Origin: Mobula hypostoma
Taxonomy: Eukaryota
Reading direction: 5' to 3'
DNA: 64,000 bases
Assembly: GCF_963921235.1 (NCBI RefSeq)
Contig: NC_086097.1
Coordinates: 151,716,001 to 151,780,000, forward strand
The notes beneath the pieces are model-generated. The model saw only the letters and a program-made list of their open reading frames with translations, was not told where the DNA came from and did not search any database. A program made the translations under genes and the position numbers. This document shows positions 39,852 to 49,548 of the stretch, in pieces. Positions within the stretch are counted from its first letter, which is position 1; each line of letters begins with the position of its first letter.

Positions 39852-41502
39852 ATATTTAATTTTGATCATATTTAAGTCACTCAGTTATTTTTTTTCTCTT
39901 CTGTCTTTGGCATTTATTCATTCTTTGTAAACTCTATCTCGACTAATGGAACTTCCATCCCATTGATAGCTTTTGATGGTCATTAACATATCCAAATGAC
40001 ATTCACCTAAACGGTTTCTCAGCTTGTTTTTGAGTTGATTCTTTTGACTACAACTTCGTTCACAGTCCGTACTAGATGCAAGTAAGGTTCCACCAATGTC
40101 CATCAACTGTGCAAGGTTGCAAAACTGTTCATCTTGAAGGACAAATGCCACCATTTGAGCAAAGTTTGAAATCGATTTGGATTTAATTTTTTCTTGAAAT
40201 CATTAAACTGTCTAACTATTACAATATTTTCAGCTAGAAAGTCATGATATTTTAGACATAAGGCATTAACTTGTTCATCGCCAAATGTGAAGTCACAATC
40301 TGCAAATGTGGGGAAATCAAAAGCTGACCATTCTTGTACCTCAACTTTGATCTCCTCTGGGTTTGATCATTTTTGCTCTCGCTCACCTGCACTCAACCGT
40401 AACATGCGTCGCACTCCTGTAACGGGTAATGACGGGTTCTGTTGCCTGAGCTTTTGTACACCATCCAAATGCGATTTACTTGCCAAATGATGCTTCAAAA
40501 AGTCAGGTTTCCAAATATCATCCCACTTCTTTCCACTAGCAAATTCTCCAGCAACATTCGCATCGCGGCAATACAGACCGGTAACTCCAGTTTCCAAATC
40601 ATACATAAATATTTCTCATAGCTGAACGTTCATGACCTCATGAGCTTTCGGTGTAACAGTTTCTACTATTTTGTTAAGCCATTCAACTTCAAACAAATTT
40701 GCAGTTCTTTTGCACTTCATGCCCTTCACTTCTTTTGAATTCGACATAGTGAATCAATATTTTTTCCAATAAAAACTTAGTAAGCTATCTGCAGGGTTTG
40801 AAACAGATCTTTGTAAACTTTATGATATGAACACTGTCTGCCAAACATGGCAGCCGCTGTGATGCAGACTGGAACAGGATAGGTGAGGTGACATAAATTA
40901 GTGACGTGCATTGTGGTATTTGAAAAACCGATTAACTAATTAACAGAAGCAGTTAGCTAAAAGATTATTTTCAATAAGTATAATTATTGTCTACTACATT
41001 ATTTTAGGTAACTAACCATTTGTACGCACATTAATTTCCTTTGTGTGCTGGTTGAAAAACGTGTGTGCGTGCGCGCACACACACACAGCTTAGAGGGAAC
41101 TATGATTATAACCTATCCATTTTTACAGATAGGACAATCCATAATAACTGTCCAGATATAATAATACAGGATAAACAAGCAGGAACAACTTACATAACTC
41201 ACAGAAATCCATAACTGAATAACACCAGAAATATGCTGAATTAAAAAATGAAATTGAAAGATTTTGGAACATGAACAGGGTACACATTGTCCCGATTGTA
41301 ATATCTACAACTGGTATCTTCCCAAAGGCTCTACACAATAACATTAAACAATTAGGACTACATGGTAATATATATGTAAATCTTCAGAAAGCCATGATAC
41401 TAAACACCATAGAGTAGTCCAAAAGTTCTTAGCAATTGACAAATGAGCATGCTTGGTTATCCTGGTACCACAGGTTTTTCCAGCTTGAGCTGAGAAAAAT
41501 TA

Positions 41503-41535
<33 letters not shown>

Positions 41536-42704
41536 AACAATAAACTTCTAGAACATGAGATGAAGAGTCCTTTAAAGTAAGTCCATAGATTATGAGAACA
41601 GTTCAGTGTTGGGGCAAGGGAAGATGAGTGAAGTTATTCCCTCCAGTTCAAGAGCCTGATGGTCAAGAGGTAATAACTGTTCCTGAACTTCGTGGTGTGG
41701 GTCCTGAGGCTCCTGTAGTACCTTCTTCATGATGGCAACAGCAAGAGAAAAGCATGCCCTGAATGGTGGGGGTTCTTGATGATGGATCATACTTGGTGTA
41801 CTTTTAAATGTGAGTGTAATTATGTATGAATTGAAAGGGGAATCTAACAGTTTTGATGTAAAGAAATTCCATTACTTCCTATTGAGAAGAAGCGGTGTCC
41901 TTATTAAAGATTGCAAACTGTTATTGACAATGCTTGATCCTAACACAGCTTCAAGGATGCCAAGACATTCAATTTTGTTCTCACTGTGTGTGTATAATGG
42001 AATTTCATTCATCAAATGAAATTGTTAATGTCCTTCCCAAATACTTCATTAATTGCTGACATGAGCAGGGAAAGCATGATTTTCATACCTCTACTTGTAG
42101 ATGAGGAGTTCCCAGTCATAGGCTCAGAGTTTGCTTGAGAGACTCAGCATAATGTACTCCTGAAGCAAATCCATTCTGAGAGGCTGGCGCTGTCTGACAA
42201 GTGCCCGAATGAAGACTTGCAGCCATTTTCCAATTATAGATCTGAATTTTCAGCAGACCAAGATTGGATGAAATGGGAATCTTGAGTAGTTACAGCCAGT
42301 GCTCTTAGAAAATTAATTTCAAACAACAATGAACAAAACTGTCCCCTGGTATTTTCAACAGTGGAATTTATTGCCAGGAATTTTGTGTACCGCTGAATAC
42401 TGGTAAAGACATAGACAAAGTTTTGTTAATATGCACAATTTGTCAGCAGTGCAGAGCAATAACACCACAACCAGATGTCCAACTTGGCCAATCTAATGAG
42501 TCTAAATATTTTGTGTCAAGGGATGACAATTTCCTTGCTCTTTACGATTCATAATTAAATGTCAGGTATGTAGATAATTGAATGGAAATAGAACATAATA
42601 TTGATGAAAACAACAGGAATTCTGCAGATGCTGGAAATTCAAGCAACATACATCAAAGTTGCTGGTGAACGCAGCAGGCCAAGCAGCATCTATAGGAAGA
42701 GGCG

Positions 42705-42742
42705 CAGTCGACGTTTCAGGCCGAGACCCTTCGTCAGGACTA
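42705..42742 (-). ncRNA. Minimal type-I hammerhead ribozyme motif
   Basis: Minus strand UAGUC-CUGACGA-AGGGUCUCGGCCU-GAAA-CGUC-GACUG. Confidence 0.75.
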
Positions 42743-43038
42743 ACTGAAGGAAGAGTGAGTAAGGGATTTGAAAGCTGGAGGGGGAGGGGGAGATGCAAAA
42801 TGATAGGAGAAGACAGGAGGGGGAGGGATAGAGCCAAGAGCTGGACAGGTGATAGGCAAAAGGGGATACGAGAGGATCATGGGACAGGAGGTCCGGGAAG
42901 AAAGACAAGGAGGTGGGGGTGACCCAGAGGATGGGCAAGAGGTATATTCAGAGGGACAGAGGGAGAAAAAGGAGAGTGAGAGAAAGAATGTGTGCATAAA
43001 AAAGAGTAACAGATGGGGTACGAGGGGGAGGTGGGGCC

Positions 43039-43935
43039 TTAGCGGAAGTTAGAGAAGTCGATGTTCATGCCATCAGGTTGGAGGCTACCCAGACGGAATA
43101 TAAGGTGTTGTTCCTCCAACCTGAGTGTGGCTTCATCTTTACAGTAGAGGAGGCCGTGGATAGACATGTCAGAATGGGAATGGGATGTGGAATTAAAATG
43201 TGTGGCCACTGGGAGTTCCTGCTTTCTCTGGCGGACAGAGCGTAGATGTTCAGCAAAGCGGTCTCCCAGTCTGCGTCGGGTCTCACCAATATATAAAAGG
43301 CCACATCGGGAGCACCGGACGCAGTATATCACCCCAGTCGACTCACAGGTGAAGTGATGCCTCACCTGGAAGGACTGTTTGGGGCCCTGAATGGTGGTAA
43401 GGGAGGAAGTGTAAGGGCATGTGTAGCACTTGTTTCGCTTACACGGATAAGTGCCAGGAGGGAGATCAGTGGGGAGGGTTGGGGGGGACGAATGGACAAG
43501 GGAATTGTGTAGGGAGCGATCCCTGCGGAATGCAGAGAGAGTGGGGGAGGGAAAGATGTGCTTAGTGGTGGGATCCCGTTGGAGGTGGCGGAAGTTACGG
43601 AGAATAATATGTTGGACCCGGAGGCTGGTGGGGTGGTAGGTGAGGACCAGGGGAACCCTATTCCTAGTGGGGTGGCGGGAGGATGGAGTGAGAGCAGATG
43701 TACGTGAAATGGGGGAGATGCGTTTAAGAGCAGAGTTGATAGTGGAGGAAGGGAAGCCCCTTTCTTTAAAAAAGGAAGACATCTCCCTCGTCCTAGAATG
43801 AAAAGCCTCATCCTGAGAGCAGATGCGGCGGAGACGGAGGAATTGTGAGAAGGGGATGGCGTTTTTGCAAGAGACAGGGTGAGAAGAGGAATAGTCCAGA
43901 TAGCTGTGAGAGTCAGTAGGCTTATAGTAGACATT
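43039..43935 (-). CDS. PLE ORF remnant: RT thumb, Zn-binding linker and GIY-YIG endonuclease (5'-truncated, no start)
   Basis: VYYKPTDSHSYLDYSSSHP...CKRNKCYTCPY...VIYCVRCSRCGLLYIGETRRRLGDRFAEH...LQPDGMNIDFSNFR*; 298 sense codons without a stop. Confidence 0.85.
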   Translation of the reverse strand, partial: NVYYKPTDSHSYLDYSSSHPVSCKNAIPFSQFLRLRRICSQDEAFHSRTREMSSFFKERGFPSSTINSALKRISPISRTSALTPSSRHPTRNRVPLVLTYHPTSLRVQHIILRNFRHLQRDPTTKHIFPSPTLSAFRRDRSLHNSLVHSSPPTLPTDLPPGTYPCKRNKCYTCPYTSSLTTIQGPKQSFQVRHHFTCESTGVIYCVRCSRCGLLYIGETRRRLGDRFAEHLRSVRQRKQELPVATHFNSTSHSHSDMSIHGLLYCKDEATLRLEEQHLIFRLGSLQPDGMNIDFSNFR

Positions 43936-44165
43936 GTTTGATCTTTACGATACAGAATATCAGTTGAATAGTTGTTTGACAAAGAACCACAGGTCAATGT
44001 ATTTACTTGTGACCTGTTCAATGTAATGGCATCGAATATCTGTTGATTCCTTAATTATTTTGCTTCCAGTAGAAGGATCAGTACATTTATTAAAGGCAGC
44101 TTTAAAGTAATAGATTTTCCGGAGTTCCTCTAACTTTGTGATGAACCATTGGCCAATGCCTTGCT

Positions 44166-44232
44166 TCATAGCCATGTGATGCTATGTACTATGATTAGAT
44201 TAGTCTGAAGAGCTGCCATCTTTGCACACATC
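44166..44232 (-). other. Candidate last exon (coding part) of a putative minus-strand transcript
   Basis: Acceptor cttcccccttttaactatcag; reads (R)MCAKMAALQTNLIIVHSITWL*; AATAAA at 44086-44091. Confidence 0.35.
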
Positions 44233-44351
44233 CTGATAGTTAAAAGGGGGAAGTGATTAAAGGGAAAAGGCAAGGTTTTCAGGCAAATTTGCTCAAAATG
44301 TACTTGTTGCTGGAATAGTGAAGAGGTATCAGCCTCACTGAAATAACTTAC

Positions 44352-44493
44352 CTATCCTGAAACGGTACTTGATATTCTATAAGGTCAGAAGTATCCATCT
44401 TGCTTAGATGATTAGAGCAAGAAACAACCAAGAATGTACTGAGGTTCTGTGATATAAATTTATTCACGATCTTGACATCAGTAACTACTACTG
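44352..44493 (-). other. Candidate internal 142-nt exon of a putative minus-strand transcript
   Basis: Acceptor tatttttacttttcag, donor AG|gtaagt; open frame VVVTDVKIVNKFISQNLSTFLVVSCSNHLSKMDTSDLIEYQVPFQD; followed by a 119-nt GT-AG intron. Confidence 0.45.
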
Positions 44494-45391
44494 CTGAAAA
44501 GTAAAAATAGTGGTGCCTTATCTCTCCAATCCAATGAACCTTCACAATATCAGAGACAAATGAACAATGAGAGAGCCGGTCCACAGAATGAATCGAGAAT
44601 GACTGCTTACACGTGTGAAGAGACTTCATATACTTGTTTTCAAAGAGGGATAGCTACATGGTGCATTGATGTATATGATATTAATTAGTCATGTGATTAT
44701 TGAATTTCAATGTTATAACGTGCAGCAAGCACAATGAGCTTGTTAGCTCTGTCATTAAACCAGAATAAAATACAGATTTTGCATAGCATCTCTTGGTAAG
44801 CTCTAGCTCCAATAATTTTAAGGAGATTTTACTGTAGTTAAAGGTTCCCAGAGCTCACATGTTGTTTAAGGTTCACCCAAAATAAATTCAGCCCCTCCCA
44901 CTGCTTAATCCTTAACCTCCCTCTGCATTCATTGTGAAAGCTACAGCTTTATAAATGGATCATTCTCTACATGTGGAATGGAAATAGGTGTGTTGGGGTT
45001 ATCTTTCAGAATCTTTTTCTTGCTTGAGAAGTAAGTAGCTGACAGTTGAAATCTGGATATGTGAAGACTTTAGTTTCTTCCTGATTGCCCCATTAATGCC
45101 CAAGAACTGCATGATTTAAGCATACACTGAGCCTGTAGAAAATAAGCATTCCTCTCACTGTTCTAGCTGACAACAAATTAAATTTGCAAACCATGGCTCA
45201 GTGCAGGCCTTAGAAGCCTGGTTATAATTTAAAGATTAAAAAAAAGGAGTTTTGTATCATTTGATGAGCAGTTTAGCTTGAAAGTCAGCAGTAAGCTCTT
45301 TCAGAATGGCCTGGAGAATATTTAATCTTTCTATTCATGTATTGGAATAAGGGCAATATTGTTCCCAATGGACGTAAAAAACAATTCTCAC

Positions 45392-45455
45392 CCACCATTC
45401 CAATCTTGGCCCCCCAAGCGGACCTGCTGAGCCAAATGAGTGTGAGAGTTGGCAT
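45392..45455 (-). other. Candidate first exon (coding part) of a putative minus-strand transcript
   Basis: ATG...MPTLTLIWLSRSAWGAKIGMV with phase-1 donor G|gtgaga; TATAAATA at 45635-45642 upstream. Confidence 0.3.
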
Positions 45456-46149
45456 GTTCCTTAATCTTCTGCAAACAGCTCAAGCCTGAGCTGTAAGTAG
45501 TCTGGTCTCCTTGCCATTGCAGGAGCTGATGATTAGTCCCATGTTGCCTCTGGCCTTCCTCAGTCAGCCGCGGCAGCACATACTACCTTAGGCCTTGGCC
45601 TTTTATTTAGGTTTCTCAGTTTAACAATAACTGGTATTTATACAGTCACAGGAATTTCTATCAATTAAAATGGAGCATTTTAAACTCTCCTTAACTTGTG
45701 AAAAAAAATTATCAACAGGATATAAAAATAGGCTTGAAGTTTTTATTTTCTGATGTCAGCAGACTGGTCTTTGTTACTGCCAGCTGTTCACCTGTGTAGT
45801 TATGTTATTACGTCATCCTGTTCAAGTACCGTTCTTTCTGTTCAGGCTAATCATCAAATCTGACATGCTGCATATATTAGTAAAAGTAGCAGATGTTTGG
45901 AAATATAATGCAGAGGGGCACATTACTCTTTCATTGGTTTAATGCACTATGCTGTGCATCAGTAGAATATCAATGGGTGCTCTCTACTGGCTGTAGCATG
46001 CACAAGAGAGGGGGGAGAAAAAGGTTGGAACTTGCAATCCTTCTGGATCTCATTTCAGACCGTTGAGTTTCTCTTGCACTTGCTGGTTTTTTAACTATTT
46101 TAGATACTAGGTGCACCCTGAAGAATTAAAAAAAAACACCAATATCAAT

Positions 46150-46336
46150 AACACTGGAGGAATTCAGCATGCTAGGCAGCATCTATGGAAAAGAGTAACC
46201 AATCAGCATTGTGGGCTGAAACTTCGACTGTTTACACTTTTCCATAGATGCTGCCTGGCCTGTTGAGTTCCTTTAGCATTTTGTGTGCGTTGCTTGGATT
46301 TCCAGCATCTGCCGATTTTCTCCTCTTTGCGCTTCG
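46150..46336. mobile_element. Short fold-back PLE-terminus insertion (older subfamily)
   Basis: Inverted arms aggcagcatctatggaaaag / cttttccatagatgctgcct; 12-bp TSD accaatatcaat (46138-46149 and 46337-46348). Confidence 0.85.
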
Positions 46337-46686
46337 ACCAATATCAATGAAATCACTTTATTTTAATTTCATTTAGTAAATAGATCATTTCAGTACTTTA
46401 ATAAAAAATGTTCGTTTGGTCTTGCCATTTTTTACCTGTTATGTGTAATGGAAGGAGAAGTAGCAGTGGGCTGGGACGGAAAACACTAGTCAATGTAATA
46501 AATAGTCTCCATGCTCCTTCTTTTCCACCATCCGCACTAATATCCCATCTTATCAATGGTAGAAAACAGCCACCAATGTGCACCTCAACCCCAAGTATGT
46601 GTAGATAAATAGAATCAACTCTTCTAGACTTAACAGAGACGAAGGCTGTAAGTACTGTAGTCTGGATTTCAAGACCTGTTATAATG

Positions 46687-46909
46687 GAAGGGTCTCAGCC
46701 CGAAACATCGACACGAAGGGTCTCGGCCTGACACGTCGACATTCAAATCTCTTACTAGCTCTTCCTTCAGTTCGTCCTGACAAAGGATCTCAGCCCGAAA
46801 CGTCGACTGTACCTCTTCCTAGATATGCTGCCTGGCCTGCTGCGTTCACCAGCAACTTTGATGTGTGTTGCTTGAATTTCCAGCACCTGTAGAATTCCTT
46901 GTTTTTGCG
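46687..46909 (+). mobile_element. PLE terminus preceded by tandem partial hammerhead segments
   Basis: gaagggtctcagcccgaaacatcgac, gaagggtctcggcctgacacgtcgac, then pLTR with ctgacaaaggatctcagcccgaaacgtcgactg and tail; possible TSD ataatg. Confidence 0.85.
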
Positions 46910-47705
46910 ATAATGAAATTATGTTTATTTTTAGCCACTGTAGGATTGGACAGAAATAGGTTTATAGTGGTGTCTTTTGTAAAACTGTCTTTAATTCCCC
47001 TTATTCTGCTTGCCCAACAAATCCAATAGGCTAGGGTGTCCCTCAGAGAAACAATCAGCAGTTGAATATAGTTTTCAAAAGCGATAATATTTTTAAAATA
47101 AAACTCCTCAAAATAAGCTTGTTAATTTCATTTTCCAGGCAGGATTTCAAATTATTTGGAACAAAAAAACCGAGAAATCTTGTTACAACATGAAAAATGG
47201 CATTTGAGGTAACCTGCATGCTGGGAAATTGTCTACGCATACAAATTGGAAGCTTTGGACACATCTATCATTAATAATTCTATTTAGCTGACAGGTGAAA
47301 AAAGTAAAGTTTAGTCTTTTGAAAAATAAAAATACTAATGAGGGTCCTTATTGAAGTAAAGGTATTTGCTTAGAAAATTCCCTCCACCAGCGGAGGTGTG
47401 TACAATAGCTTCTACAACTACTGAATTTAGGAATTCATGTAAGATATGATCATCATAGGATTTATTGATACTGACTAATTATTTTTGTTTTGGTTTGATT
47501 TTGCTCAGGGTAACTAGATTTTTCAGAAATGTTGTTTACAACTATTATTTTGACCAACACGCTACTCTCTCTACATCCATGTCTGTGTGGATAGGCATAG
47601 CTCAAATTCCGTGTTGATGAAGGATCTTGGCTCAAAATATCAACAGCACTCTTTTCCATAGCTGGTGTCTGGCCTGCTGAGTTCTCCAGCATTTTGTGTG
47701 TGTTT

Positions 47706-49548
47706 CTCAAATGCCATCTTTGAGTTTGCTGATGATAGAACCATTGTTGGCAGAATCTTAGATGGTGACAAGAGGGCATACAGGACCAAGATATACCAAC
47801 TAGTTGAGTGGTGTTCCAGCAACAATCTTGCACTCAAGGCCAAAGAGCTGATTGTGGACTTTAGAAAGGGTAAGACAAGGAAACACAAACCAATCCTCAT
47901 AGAGGGATTGGAAGTGGAGAGAGTGAGCAATTTCAAGTACCTGGGTGTCAATATCTCTGAGGACCTAACCTGGTTGCAAGATATTGATGCAGCTATAAAG
48001 AGAGCAAGACAGCAGCTGAATTTCATCAGAAGTTTGAGGAGATTTGGTTTGTCACCTAAAACTCTTGAAAACCTCTACAGGTGTACCATGGAGAACATTC
48101 TGACTGACTGCATCACAGTTTGATATGGGGGTGGGGGGCTACTGCATAGGATTCAACTAAGTTGCAGAAAGTTGTAAAATTACTTGCCTCTGTAGTATCC
48201 AAGACATCTTTAAGGTGCAGAGCCTCGGAAAGGCGGAATCCATTATTAAGGATCCCCATCATCCAGGACATGCCCTCTTCTTATTGATGCCATCAGGAAG
48301 GAGGTACAGAAGCCTGAAGGCACACACTCAGTGATTCAGAATCAGCTTCTTCCCCTCTGCCATCTGATTTCTAAATGGACATTGAATCCATGAACACTAC
48401 CTCAATACTTCTTTAAAATTTCTGTTTTTGCACTTGGTTTAATGTAACTATTTTAAGAGTCCAAAGTACATTTATTATCAAAGAAATATAAATTGTTCAA
48501 GTTTGAGATTTGTTTTCTTACAGGCAGTTGCAAAGCAAGGAACCCAAAAGATCTCAATTAAAAAAAATAAAGACCAACCCCCAACGTGCACAGAAAAAGA
48601 GGAAAAAAATACAAAGCATGCAAACAATAGAAGCGAGAACAACAACAAATTGAGTCCTTAGATCCAAATCCTCAGAGCATCCCTGACTAGGCCTAAAGCC
48701 TCAGTACTCAGTTCATCATATTAGTAGGGCAAATCACCGCAAAGTTTGAAGACACGAAGCACAGCAGCTGGGTGCAGTCTCACAGCCTTAGTGTCCTGAA
48801 GTGAGGAGCCCCTTAATCTATCTGGGCAAGCATTTAAATTGTCTAAACAGTGATCGCACCTCACACTAGAGCCCAAGCCTTGCTGCGGCGAATCCCTCCA
48901 GGCCTAGATTTTGCTGTTGAAGAAGCTACTCTCAACCTCTCCAAATCGGCTTGGCACCCAGAACGATCCAACCTTGCATGACTCTTGAAACCCTGCCTTT
49001 CCGGTCTATATGAGCCAGCGTTTAGGTTGACCAAACAGTGGATTATGCCTTGCATTAGGACCTGGGCCTCTCTGCAGTGAATTGCTCCGGGCCTACAACA
49101 TGCTGCCCAGCGATTCACTTCAGACTTGTAGATTGCTGCTGAGGAAGCCATTCTCAACTTCTCCAAATCAGTTCAGTGTTTAGAGCATTCCCCCTGGACC
49201 AGCGGGATGGGCATCGGAACCCCCCTGTCTCCTCTTTTCCCCTCCGAATCGTTCACTCCAACCGGCTTGGCTCCATGGTTGATTTTGCAGCACACCAGCA
49301 GTGCACATCTCGCAAAGTCACTTTGGCTTTGCTTGCCTCTTCATTGTTTGTGGTGATAGTGTACCACAATTTACTTTAAAAAAAAGTGTTTTCAGTGATG
49401 TTTCTAACTGAATTCCTTTGTTTTCGAACCACCAATAAGCTGTTTTTTTCTATATTTATCATTCATTGCATTATACTACTGCCACGAAGTTAACACATTT
49501 CATGACATATCCCAATGATATTAAACTTATTTCCGATTCTGATTCTCA
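47706..49548 (+). mobile_element. Rex1/Babar LINE 3' part (tail interrupted at ~48457-49442)
   Basis: IFEFADDRTIVG, KAKELIVDFRK, FKYLGVNISEDLTW; tail resumes at ~49445 and ends ccgattctgattct. Confidence 0.85.
48457..49442 (-). mobile_element. Non-autonomous ~1-kb retroposon with Rex1-like tail (second family, copy 2)
   Basis: Tail aaagtacatttattatcaaag...gagatttgttttctacaggcag shared with 23380 and 38430; GC-rich non-coding body. Confidence 0.6.

Larger units (their letters stand above)
39214..41104 (-). mobile_element. Internally deleted hAT DNA transposon
   Basis: TIRs caatgttccctctaa / ttagagggaactatg; 8-bp TSD attatgac / attataac; N-terminal Zn-finger-like LYCRDA...HLASKSHLDGV and hATC dimerisation ASSTDCERSCS...KNKLRNRLGECHLDMLM. 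Confidence 0.9.
38625..41530 (+). mobile_element. Dong/R4-type non-LTR retrotransposon 3' part (zinc knuckle and restriction-like endonuclease), split by a hAT
   Basis: WKSRTLHGRH, RKCQEEPKTIQCITGSC, HNQVANIIHQ, PVLESEYHKLYYD | TIHNNCPDIII, KYAELKNEIERFW, VPIVISTTGIFPK; (taa)n tail at ~41505-41530. Confidence 0.85.
38430..41790 (-). mobile_element. Rex1/Babar 3' end split into 38430-38622 and 41525-41790 by nested insertions
   Basis: Tail aaagttcaaagtaaatttattatcaaagtac at left; ORF end (HQEPPPFRACFSL, aggagcctcaggacccacacc) at right. Confidence 0.7.
42606..43935 (-). mobile_element. Young 5'-truncated Penelope-like element
   Basis: Uninterrupted frame from 43935 to stop at 43039, followed by pLTR and terminal tail. 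Confidence 0.95.

Noticed and set aside
39918..40750. Possible domesticated hAT-derived gene (ZNF862/ZBED-like)
   Set aside because: It has stops, a large internal deletion, and intact TIRs and TSD, so it is a transposon remnant
43960..44175. 71-aa minus-strand ORF MAMKQGIGQW...
   Set aside because: Out of frame with the upstream splice acceptor, has stops just upstream and no recognisable homology; more likely 3' UTR or chance
46772..46810. Hammerhead motif in this PLE terminus (also decayed ones at ~21741 and ~60915)
   Set aside because: Core or stem positions are mutated (e.g. CUGACAA), so they are not listed as intact ribozymes
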